From: Octopus bimaculoides
Lineage: Eukaryota
Direction of reading: 5' to 3'
DNA length: 64,000 nucleotides
Assembly (NCBI RefSeq): GCF_001194135.2
Contig: NC_068982.1
Span: 54,103,292-54,167,291, forward strand
The translations under genes were made by a program, and so were the position numbers. The notes under the pieces are model-generated. The model was given only the letters and a program-made list of their open reading frames with translations, was not told where the DNA came from and searched no databases. Shown one piece after another: positions 37,831 to 48,869 of the stretch (position 1 is its first letter; each line of letters begins with the position of its first letter).

Positions 37831-38569
37831 AAGTAGTCATAATTGTTGTTGCTGTTGTAATTGTAGAAGCGCCTAAAATCTATGGATGAGTGCGTATAAA
37901 GTAGACAAAGAAGTGGAGGGGGGGAGTAGAAGAAGAGGAGGAGGAGGAGTAAGAAGAAGAAGAAGAACAAGAAGAAGAAGAAAGAAGCCTTAGCGGAGTA
38001 AGAGGAGGAAAGAAGAAAGATAGAGAAAAGGAGGAGAGGCTAAGAAGAAGAAGTAGAAGAAAAAGTTCAAAGAAGGAAATATACGTGAGAGCAAGCGTGG
38101 GAAAATTTGTAAGATGAGGTTTTCGCGCCAAATCTATTACGATGTATAAAAATAAATAAATAAACAAATAAAGGTGGTCTGAAGAATAAAAGCAATGTAA
38201 CAAAGAAAAGAAAGGACTTACAAACACGTAACGAAGGGAGAATAGCCAAGAAAGGAAAAGGGAAAAAAATATAACTATATTAAATAAAGAAACAATGATA
38301 AAGTGACGGAGTGTTTACTGGCGTCTGGTTTAGTGTGGTGGAATGTGCATGCATAGATATATGCACACGCATACACATGTGCATGCGCACATGTACACAT
38401 AATAACTCACATGCAAACACAAACACATGCGCACGTACACACATACACATACACATTTCTTATCTGTGTATATGTTTGGATGTACACGTGTATGCTTGTG
38501 TGCGTTTGCGTCTATGTATGTGTGTGTGTGAGAGAGAGAGAGAGTGTGTGTGTGTGTGTATGTGTGTGT

Positions 38570-38723
38570 TTGCCTGTGTGGTAAGAAGCTTGCTTCCCAA
38601 CCACATGGTCCCGGGTTCAGTTCCACTGCGTGGCACCTTGAGCAAAGTGTCTTCTACTATCGCTTAGGGTTGACCAAAGCCTTGTGAGTGGATTTGGTAG
38701 ACAGAAACTGAAATAAGCCCGTC

Positions 38724-38730
<7 letters not shown>
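38570..38730 (+). mobile_element. SINE family B, 5-prime half running into (TA)n and a gap
   Basis: GTGTGGTAAGAAGCTTGCTTCCCAACCACATGGTCCCGGGTTCAG...AAGCCCGTCGTATAT. Confidence 0.9.
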
Positions 38731-38761
<31 letters not shown>

Positions 38762-39217
38762 NNNNNNNNNNNNNNNNNNNNNNNNNNNNNNNNNNNNNNN
38801 NNNNNNNNNNNNNNNNNNNNNNNNNNNNNNNNNNNNNNNNNNNNNNNNNNNNNNNNNNNNNNNNNNNNNNNNNNNNNNNNNNNNNNNNNNNNNNNNNNNN
38901 NNNNNNNNNNNNNNNNNNNNNNNNNNNNNNNNNNNNNNNNNNNNNNNNNNNNNNNNNNNNNNNNNNNNNNNNNNNNNNNNNNNNNNNNNNNNNNNNNNNN
39001 NNNNNNNNNNNNNNNNNNNNNNNNNNNNNNNNNNNNNNNNNNNNNNNNNNNNNNNNNNNNNNNNNNNNNNNNNNNNNNNNNNNNNNNNNNNNNNNNNNNN
39101 NNNNNNNNNNNNNNNNNNNNNNNNNNNNNNNNNNNNNNNNNNNNNNNNNNNNNNNNNNNNNNNNNNNNNNNNNNNNNNNNNNNNNNNNNNNNNNNNNNNN
39201 NNNNNNNNNNNNNNNNN

Positions 39218-39279
<62 letters not shown>

Positions 39280-39334
39280 ATACATATACAGTAATCCCTC
39301 GACTATCGCGGGTGTTAGAAACAGTACTGTATTC

Positions 39335-39770
39335 TTTTCCTTATTTCAGTCATATGACTGCGGCTGTGCTGGAGCACCACCTTTAGTCGAACAAATCGCC
39401 CCAGAACTTATTTTATCTAGTACTTATTTTATCGGTTTCTTTTACCAACCGCTGAGTTACGGGGACGTAAACACACCAAAATCGGTTGCCAAGTGATGGT
39501 GGGGGACAAACACAAACACATACTTACATCTATATATGGGGAAATGGCAAAAATTTGCCCTGTTTATAATTTTAACATATGTTACATATATATGTGTGTG
39601 TGTGTATCTACGACGGGCTTCTTTCAGTTTCCGTCTACCAAATCCACTTACTAGGATTTGGTCGGCCTGAGGCTGTAGAAGACACTTGCCCAAGGTGTCT
39701 TCTACAGTGGGACTGAATCCGGAACAATAAGGTTGTAAGCAAGCTACTTACCACATTCCTGCCCCTGTTA
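39335..39770 (-). mobile_element. SINE family B, full length
   Basis: Both halves are recognisable in reverse orientation. Confidence 0.85.
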
Positions 39771-40161
39771 TATATATATATATTTTTTTATATTTTTATT
39801 ATTTGTATATATTTATTTTATTATAAATGCAAAACAACTCTACGGAAGAATCGACGTAAGGTTAACTAAGGAACCACTATAGATGAACCGTGATAGATGA
39901 ACCACAATATGGCTAGGGATTACTGTTCCCTAACTCTTCGAAACGCCAGTGTTTTAATGGTGGCAGCTGATGAAGGATATGTTCTCTATGTGGCCTGCTT
40001 GTTTTTTGTACCTTGTTTATCATTTTGTCCATGTTTTTTTGCAACGTCATGTACCCAGATATGTATCTATATGTACATGTAGATGAAGATGTACATACAT
40101 GTACATATATATGCATATACTCATATATTGTTTGCATATATACATACATACATATGTATAT

Positions 40162-40545
40162 TCTTTTACTTGTTTCAGTCATTTGACTGCGGCCATGCAC
40201 CGCCTTTAAATGTTTTAATCAGCCCCAGAACTTATTTTTCAAATCTAGTACTTTTTCTATCAAACTCTTTGGCAGAACCGCTAAGTTACAGAACCGGAAA
40301 CACATCAGCAGCGGTGATCAAGTGGTGATGGGGGATAAAGGCAAGCACAAAGGCAGACACATAAAACATATACACATGTATGTATATATGGTAAATGATA
40401 TATAAACGACGGGCGTCTTTCAATTTCTGCTTACCAAATCCACTAGTGGAAGACGCTTGCCCAATATGCCACGCAGTGGGGCTGAGCCCAGAACCATGTC
40501 GTCGGGAAGCAGGCTTCTTACCAAGCAGCCACTCCTGCGCCTGTC
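40162..40545 (-). mobile_element. SINE family B, full length (diverged)
   Basis: TTGTTTCAGTCATTTGACTGCGGCCATGC...GGGAAGCAGGCTTCTTACCAAGCAGCCACTCC. Confidence 0.82.
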
Positions 40546-42679
40546 CACACAGCGACGCTTCCTATATTTATATGCATATACATATGTGTGTGTGTATGTG
40601 AGTTTATATGTATTTGTGTGTGTGTGTGTGGGGGGGGGTCTTTACTAACTGCTTGACTAAATTACACATGAAAGTATCAGGCTGTGGTATAATATATATT
40701 AAGTGACATTATTTCTTGTATGACACGTGGTGATGTAAGACGTCGGCGCGAACCAGTAACTCAGTCATCGTTTAGTATATCGTTTAGTGTTGATATCTCC
40801 AAGCAACGAGGTCTATTTCGTCATCCTAAGAATGAGTGATGACTCGCGCGGTGACTTTAATGAAGTGTATGAGTTGCACGCTGTTAACCTCACTCTTTCG
40901 TGTGTGACCATTTTCAATTCATTGGCAAGAACACCTCAAGACGTCCGTGAACGGAGACAGATGCACGCGATGACCAAGTTGTCTTATCTACCTTATATTA
41001 CTCTCTGCATTTCACAATGTGTTGATGCAGCCGCCTTCAGCCTCCGTTGGCCTATGAATGTTTCCTCCGCAAAGTCCTCTTAAGCCGTAATATGCTAATT
41101 AACCAACTGGAATCCTAACAGGAATTATTACTACTCCGGTGTCAGAGTATATCTGGAAACAATTGTGCCTCAGAGTTGGTTCCAGGACATGGATTGAGTA
41201 TAAACACATGAGCGGCAGCAGGTTTTACATGGAAATTTGACGCTATTGCGTTACAAATGAGGTTCCACGGTGGAATTTGAACTACCTAATCGATTTCATT
41301 CAAGATTTACACATACATTACTTAGAGTCCATGGAGTGTCATGGGCCAAAGAAACTTTCAACTTCTTGTTTAATGCGAGGCCGGAGCAATCTCTTACACT
41401 GCTTCGGTATTAGATGTCAAAACTGAAACAATAACATCTCTATTGTAATGTGATATAATAGTTTCACATTTCAATGGTTTCACTTTCAATAGTTTCAGTT
41501 TTAATAGTTTCAATTCGATTAATAATTCGATTAATAATCAAATCGATTTACAATTAAATCTATTCAAAAATATAGTCACTCGTTAGGTCTAAAATAAAAT
41601 AAGAATAAGAAAATCAATGTACGTATTGTAACTTATAATAAATATCAAATGACGGATCTAGTTTCTTTTCATTCGCAAAATATGCATTTTTTAAAAGGAA
41701 GTAAAAGAAAAATATGAAAATCGGCTCTAATAATGTAGCCTTCCAGTTTCATTGCTTTGAAGGTATGATGTGGTGGAGAAAAAATTGGAGAAAAATGTTA
41801 GAGAGGTTCAAATATCGAAAAGCTGTGTATTTATAGCCAATAACGAGACAGAAATTTTCTGCGTTTAGCGGAGCAGTGTCAACTTTAAGGTTGTACCCAG
41901 TGAAATTAGTAGTTTAGGGTCTGACCTGTTCATTGTAGGTTTCTAAATAAACAGAAATACCTAATAAAATCAACATGTATTATCTTACTTCTTTTGTCTC
42001 TGCATTGATTTTATTTAAAGTTTTTAAAAAATTTGTTATATTAATATGTTTGTCTGTGTGTGTTTACTTTATGCATATTTCTGTATTATGTATACCTGTC
42101 ATTTATTTGTGTACATCATTAATATATAAGTGTGCGTGTATGTGTGTGAAAAGGGGGCGTTTATCTCCAAAACTCCAAAGTTGAGTAACGTTTTCATGCT
42201 TGGATTTGTAAATAAGAATAACACTGGTCAACAAAGACTTTGTCCCAAGGAAAAGGATACCTGTTTCTTATATGTTTTTTGCATGCAGAATTAAAAAATG
42301 TCCAATTATCTGTATCACCCGCAGTTTATCTGTTCTACGATATCCCTCTCAGTTCCTGTTACGTGGGCTAAATTTAATTTAAGCTGTTGAAATGTGAAGC
42401 TAACGGTTTAAGAAATACTCCTAATTTATATTTTTATGAACAGAATTAATCTAGTGAAATCATAAATCCAGCTATCTGAGGCAATGTGTCCCAAAAATAT
42501 ATGAAAATATATGAATTGAAAAATATGTAAAAATACTAACACGCAGAAAAAGTACAGAAAAATATTATATATATATATATNNNNNNNNNNNNNNNNNNNN
42601 NNNNNNNNNNNNNNNNNNNNNNNNNNNNNNNNNNNNNNNNNNNNNNNNNNNNNNNNNNNNNNNNNNNNNNNNNNNNNNT

Positions 42680-42875
42680 GTTTGTGTTAGTAAGCCACCA
42701 ACGTTTGACAACCGATGTTGTTGTGTTTGCGTCCCCGTTAGCCAGCGGTTTGGCAAAATACACTGATAGAATAAGTACTAGGCTTACAAAGAATAAATAC
42801 TGGGGTCGATTTCTTCGACTAAAGGTGGTGCTTCAGTATAGCCGTAGTCACATGAGTGAAACAAGTAAAGCAATA
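42680..42875 (+). mobile_element. SINE family B, 3-prime half
   Basis: GACAACCGATGTTG...GATAGAATAAGTACTAGGCTTACAAAGAATAA...GAAACAAGTAAA. Confidence 0.85.
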
Positions 42876-42892
42876 AAAAAAAACACTATGCC

Positions 42893-42928
42893 ATTTTAAT
42901 CCCGCGCAACGCCGTGTATCTCTGCTAG
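42893..42928 (+). mobile_element. Helitron-like 3-prime terminus
   Basis: A GC-rich imperfect hairpin CCCGCGCAACGCCGTG lies about 8 nt upstream of CTAG|T (CTAG at 42925-42928), the canonical Helitron end arrangement. Confidence 0.5.
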
Positions 42929-43153
42929 TATATATATATATATAGATATAGATATATACATATATATATACTGTTTGTTTTTAGGTGGACTTATAATAAA
43001 CACAATTTAACATTAATTTAATGGGTTACTCTATGCTTTTGTAGAGTACAAATTTATTATTCTCATGCAAGAATGTTGGGCAGTCCAGCGATGGCTTGGC
43101 TGGCCGAAACTTCGAAGTCACTAGCAACAGCATTATTGTATTTGAATTATGTG

Positions 43154-43188
<35 letters not shown>

Positions 43189-44220
43189 GTGAGAGATAGA
43201 AAGAGAGAGAGAGGAAACAAGTGATAACATGAAAAGAGATGATATTAGTGCTGCAGCAAATAGAAACAGACAAAAATAAAATAAAACAAGGAATGGGATA
43301 TTGAGAAAGAGACCACTGGAACTGTCTGGAGTTGACAGTTGTGTGGAGGTCAGGATGACATTGCAATATTCAACAGTCAAAGCAAACAAGAAGAACATCA
43401 ACCACAGCAACAGCTTCGTATGTACTGCAGGTGGAGAGCAGAAAGAGAGAGGAAGAGAGAGAGAAGGAGGAGAGAGAGAGGGAGGAAGAGAGGGCAGGTA
43501 TCTAACATTCAGTCAGGGGGAAGAAAGAAACACATAAAGCAGAGCAATGAGCAATTTTAAGTAGTGAGCCCCTTCCACTTGTGCCGGGTAGGGTGGTTTT
43601 AATGTTGGCAAGAGCGGGGCGCTGATTTTTACAAGCAGTGGAGGCGAGGGTTAGGGAGAAACAGAGAGAAAGAGAGACAGACAGACAGACTGACAGACAG
43701 ACAGAAAGAGAGAGAGGATGGGTGCATTGCATAGGAAGCTGACTGAGTTAGTGTTGGTGTATGGCTGCCGGGCTTGTGTGTCAGGAGGTGGTGGGGTTTT
43801 GGTATAATTGAGGTGGTTGCAATGGTTTCAACAACAGACACGCACTCACATGCATGAGCACGTACACACACACACACACATTAACAGTAACACACTAACA
43901 CCAACACACATGCACACACATATACACATACACAATTACACATATGTAAACATCCACGTGTGTATATGTGTATGTATAGGGATCTATGTATGTGTGTGTT
44001 TATGTTTGCGCATATGCACTTTTAAGCTACATGTGATCATGTTCATTATATATACACATATATCTGTGTGTGTGTGTGTATGCGTGTGTGTGTGTGCGCG
44101 CGCCTCTGTGTGTGTATTCACGTTTATGTGTATGGTACGTGTGTATGCACTTTTAAATTAAATGCGGACGAATATATATGTGCTTATATGCACTTTAAAA
44201 TGAACACATTCGCAAATGCG

Positions 44221-44251
<31 letters not shown>

Positions 44252-44355
44252 ATATATATCTACATATATATACATATATATATACATATATATATATATA
44301 TACACACCACACGCACATACATAAATATATGTGCCTGTACATATTATACAAATAA

Positions 44356-44393
<38 letters not shown>

Positions 44394-44834
44394 ATGTGAG
44401 TGTGTGTGCATGTCTATACAGGCATACATGCATAAAGAAAAGTACATTTGGTTCAAATGCGCATAAATTATATTCATACAAGCAGACATTCAGACATTGA
44501 GTCATATTACATACTCTCACGACGTACATATTCTCACAGCGTCCACAACCACACATAACTACAAACACACACATACACACACACAAACACACACATACAC
44601 ACGCACATTCATACACGCAACACACATACACAGCACTCATAATTTATTTCGTGCATTATTGGTCTTGTCTGTGTCTGAATCAAGAAGGATCACCTGCTCT
44701 AGTCTTTTCAGTCATATTTTGGGGGACATTATGGCGGGCACTGGTGTAGGGAGGTGTTCTGGTTGAAGTGTATTCGGGTGTCGATCGTTTGTCTCATTAT
44801 TTTGTGAAATTTGACCATTTTCCTTTATCTCTTC

Positions 44835-45285
44835 CTTGTTTCAGTTATTGGATTGGACTGTGGCCATGCTAGGGTACCGCGTTGAAAAGTTTAGCCGAAA
44901 AATAAAAATCGACACTAGTACTTAGCTTTAAATCTAGTGCTTATTCTATCGGTTTCTCTCTTGCCGAAGCGTTTAGGGTTCCGTAGACATAAACAAACCA
45001 ACACTGGTTCTCAAGCGGTAGTGCAGGACAGACAGAAACACAGAGGCATGGATATATATATACATAGATACATATACACACATATACATGCAAAGATGCA
45101 TAAATACACGCATGCACGCGCACATACACATACACACATACGACAGTCTTCCATATCAAATTCACTCCCAAGAAATTAGACGGGCCTGGATATATTGTAG
45201 AACTTGCCCAAGCTGCCTCGCTTTGGGACAGAACCCAAAACCACGTGGTTACAAATCGAGCTTCTTAATCACACAAATATGCCTG
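44835..45285 (-). mobile_element. SINE family B (diverged)
   Basis: TTCAGTTATTGG...GGCCATGCTAGGGTACCGC...CTTATTCTATCGGT...ACTTGCCCAAG. Confidence 0.75.
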
Positions 45286-45526
45286 CTCTGTCTAAATATT
45301 TATGAGATCATTTCTTCTTTGATTTCTTTCTGGAATAATGTTGAATAAAGCTGTAGCAGTTGAGAGAAAAGGTCGTACATAATAATATAAAGTAAGCTTA
45401 ATTTTTGTGTAGGATGTATGGCACAGAGTAGTTTTTGAACTTGGATGATTTGTGGGCATAATACCGGCATTGCTTTGACAATGTCAATGGAATACTTTGC
45501 ACTAGACATGGATGAGTGGAGGTACA

Positions 45527-45903
45527 ATGGCCCAGTGGTTAGGGCAGCGGCTCGTGGTCATAGAATCGCGGTTTCGATTCCCAGACCGGGCGTTGTGAGT
45601 GTTTATTGAGCGAAAACACCTAAAGCTCCATGAGGCTCCGGCAGGGGATGGTGGCGAACCCTGCTGTACTCCTTCACCACAACTTTCTCTCACTCTTACT
45701 TTCTGTTTCTGTTGTGCCTGTAATTCAAAGGGCCAGCCTTGTCACTCTGTGTCACGCAGAATCTCCCCGAGAACTACGTTAAGGGTACACGTGTCTCTGG
45801 AGTGCTCAGCCACTTGCACGTTAATTTCACGAGCAAGCTGTTCCGTTGATCGGATCGACTGGAACCTTCGACGTCGTAAGCGACGGAGTGCCAACAACAA
45901 CAG
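45527..45903 (+). mobile_element. SINE family C (tRNA head, conserved central domain, (CAA)n tail; Ceph-SINE-like)
   Basis: Head TGGCCCAGTGGTTAGG...GGTTTCGATTCCC, body CACTTGCACGTTAATTTCACGAGCAAGCTGTTCCG, and tail GACGGAGTGCCAACAACAAC. Confidence 0.88.
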
Positions 45904-46204
45904 ACATGGATGTGTTTGTGCTTGTCCCCATCCCGCCGCAATACAACGGGTGATGGTTTGTTTATATCTTTTAAACGTAGAAGTTCGGCCAAAGTGACTG
46001 ATGGAATAGGTACCAGACTTTAAACAAATATAAACACTGAGCTCAACTAAACTCTTCAGCGTACTCGCGGTTCAGTGACAGGAACAAGTAAACGTTAAAA
46101 ACATTAAGATTGCAGAAATGATGGGAGCGATACAGTGGTGTTAGGGAGATAGAACTTGAGCTTCTTGAGACCATCCTTGAAATCAAAGCCTGGTGTTTAT
46201 GATT

Positions 46205-46530
46205 GACAGAGCCGCTAGTACGCCGTATGAAATGCTTAGTGGCATTTTGTCCGACTTTACATTCTGAGTTTAAATTTTGCCAAGGTTGACTTTGCTTTTC
46301 ATCATTTCGGAGTCGATAAAATAAGTAGCGATCGAGCACTGGAGGGGGGGTCTATGTAATCGACTAGCTCCCTCCTGCTGACCTGGCAGAATTGTTAGCA
46401 CAGCAGACAAAATACTTAGAGGGCATTTCTTCCGGATTTTTACTTTCAGAGGTCAATTGCCGTTATAGTCAGCTTTGCCTGTCATCCTTTCAGGTCCAAT
46501 TTAAATAAGTACTTGCCAACCTGCTCCAAA
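46205..46530 (+). mobile_element. Two tandem SINE family A copies
   Basis: Two successive heads and bodies (GAAATGCTTAGTGGCATTTTGTCCG...; CTGGCAGAATTGTTAGCAC...). Confidence 0.78.
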
Positions 46531-46619
46531 AATTGCTGGCCATTAGTCAGTCTTCTTCTTCTCCTCCTCTTCTTCTCCTCTTCTCCTCTTCTTCTCCTTC
46601 TCCTTCTTCTTCTTCTTCG

Positions 46620-47461
46620 ATTCCGTCTTCCACTTCGCCATACTTTTTCCAAGCAACATTTTTTCAACATTCGATGCAATACCAAATAGGTTTATATATT
46701 CCATAATCCAAGAATGTGGAATCATATCATACGCCTTACGATAATCGACCCATGATATGGGTAAGTTAGTTTTCCTCCTCTTGCAGTCTCTAAGTACATT
46801 CTTGTCTACCAGGAGTTGATCCTTGGTACCTCTGCACTTATTCTTACAACCCTTCTGCTCATGTGGCAGGACTCCATTTTTTCCAGATCTCCGTACATTG
46901 ACTCTGCGAATATTCTAGTCAATAATTTCTACATAAGCGTCCAGCAGGATATCGGCCCGTAATTGTCTAACGTACTACCTTTTTCGATGTTTTTTCAAGC
47001 ACAGAACTGTTCTATCTATTGTCAACCACTTTGGTGTTATTTGGTCGGCATTTAACAAGGTGTTGACTTGTGTAGCTTTTCGTGCATGACACTCGCCAAA
47101 TCTTTTGATCCAGTAGCCTTGAACTCCATCTGGTCCCGGGACCTTCCACTTGCCCAATTTTTTGCTGATTGCCTTCACTTCCCTGACTGGAATGACTAGT
47201 TCTGTCTGTTTTGGACAGAGTACTGTTTGTTTCAGTTCTTACAACCATTCAGCATCCTTCTTGTGCTCCTTGTCTTTGTTCCAGATGTCACACCAAAATC
47301 TTTGACTTTCAATATTATCTGGCATCCACTTTCCATCTGTACACTCTCCATTTATTTCTTTGTGTAATCTCTTCTGGTCAACTCTAAATAACCTATTCTG
47401 CTGGCATCCCTTTATTCTTTGGTCGTATCTTACCATCTTTGCTTTCTTTGCAACGAGGCGC

Positions 47462-47464
<3 letters not shown>
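46620..47464 (-). mobile_element. R4/Dong-clade LINE RT fragment, 5-prime end at an (AAT)n array
   Basis: RYDQRIKGCQQNRLFRVDQKR...FWCDIW, WKVPGPDGVQGYWIKRF, the [12 protein letters not shown] region, and [16 protein letters not shown]. Confidence 0.9.
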
Positions 47465-47521
<57 letters not shown>

Positions 47522-48046
47522 GATGTTGTAATTTACTTCTTGGATACTTCAACTCTCATAAAGTTTGTTTGGTATAGGACGACTGCAATGTGTAACAATT
47601 TTCAAACAAACGCGAAGAATAGATAAATGATGATTTCAGCAAAGTGGTAGGTTCTATGGACCCAAGAACACATACTGCAAGCCCTATCGACTTTATTGCT
47701 CATCTATGCACTTCAGCTTACATAATACTTGATGCTACGAACGACGAACATATGGATGTTTAAGTGAAATCTTTACTCCAAAATGGTTGAGCTCAATGCT
47801 TTGTGTGTGAATGTGCGCGCGCGCGTATGTATGTGTATATATAGCTCAATTAAAGGTTAAAAACCTCATTAAGGGATAGTAAAATGCAATGAACTCGTTT
47901 ATTACCTATTACAAAAAGTATTGAATATTACATTTAGTATTCAACTGTAAGGTAATTGGATATATATATATATATATATTTTAAATAAGAAAACAGAGAT
48001 AATTAAATTAATAATGATTATTTATTAATTACAAAATTGGACATCA

Positions 48047-48130
48047 TCACTGACAGATGTTTCGATTCAAGATTCTAGAAATTAATTAGTATAATTAAAA
48101 ACATTTTAAAGTTGAATCTCACCGGAGGCG
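48047..48130 (-). ncRNA. Decayed hammerhead-like motif with a long stem II insertion
   Basis: Minus strand: CCGGUGA-GAUUCAA-[AT-rich loop containing the hairpin UUAAUUA/UAAUUAA]-UUGAAUC-GAAA-CA-UC-UGUC. Stem II is a perfect 7 bp and the cleavage triplet is GUC. Two core transitions; stem I is only 2 bp. Confidence 0.5.
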
Positions 48131-48219
48131 GAAAAAGATATACACTTACATTTTCATATTGTGTGTTGAGTGTGGGGAGCAAATCCACTAACTAATAAAT
48201 GTTTTGTAGAAAGAATATA

Positions 48220-48269
<50 letters not shown>

Positions 48270-48620
48270 CACACATATACAGACTCGCATAGTGTGTGTA
48301 TATGCATGTATAGACACACACATACACTCACACCCACACACGCGTATATATATATATGTATATATAAGACATGAAAGTACAGGAAGAAAAAGAGCCTTTG
48401 ACAAATAACGTATTAACTTAACGCTTTCGCCTAAAGAAAAAGTGTATTAATGTTTCGGATGTTAGTTCTTCACCGAAAGAAAGGAGAAAAACGTTGGAGG
48501 GTGAGGAGAACAAATAGTCAGTGAAAAACAGTGAAGTGTTAAGAACTAGGTGGGAAAGTGTTCTATGGGAGGACTTAATAAAGGGATGTGGCTGTGTGTG
48601 TGGATGCAAGTATATGAGTA

Positions 48621-48863
48621 CAGTAATCCCTCGCCATATCGCTGTTCACCTATCGTGGTTCACCTATCGCGGTTCACTTATCGTGGTTTATTATTCAATC
48701 TTACGTCGATTCGTCTGTGGTTTTGTTTTGCATTTATAATACAATAATTATATACAAATTATAAAAATTAAAAAAAAATATACAGTACAGTTTTTACTTC
48801 GTGGATTTTCACCTATCGCGGGGATTTTGAAACGTAGCACCTGCGATAATTGAGGGATTACTG
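48621..48863. mobile_element. Tigger/pogo-type MITE, 243 bp, TA target-site duplication
   Basis: TA|CAGTAATCCCTC ... GAGGGATTACTG|TA, a perfect 12-bp TIR (exact coordinates). Internal repeats of TTCACCTATCGCGG. Confidence 0.92.
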
Positions 48864-48869
48864 TATATT

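Noticed and set aside
45301-45325. TGAGATCATT (bantam miRNA 5-prime match)
   Set aside because: The remainder differs and there is no precursor hairpin.
45527-45590. tRNA-like A/B boxes here and in other SINE heads
   Set aside because: No cloverleaf or acceptor stem; these are SINE promoters, not tRNA genes.
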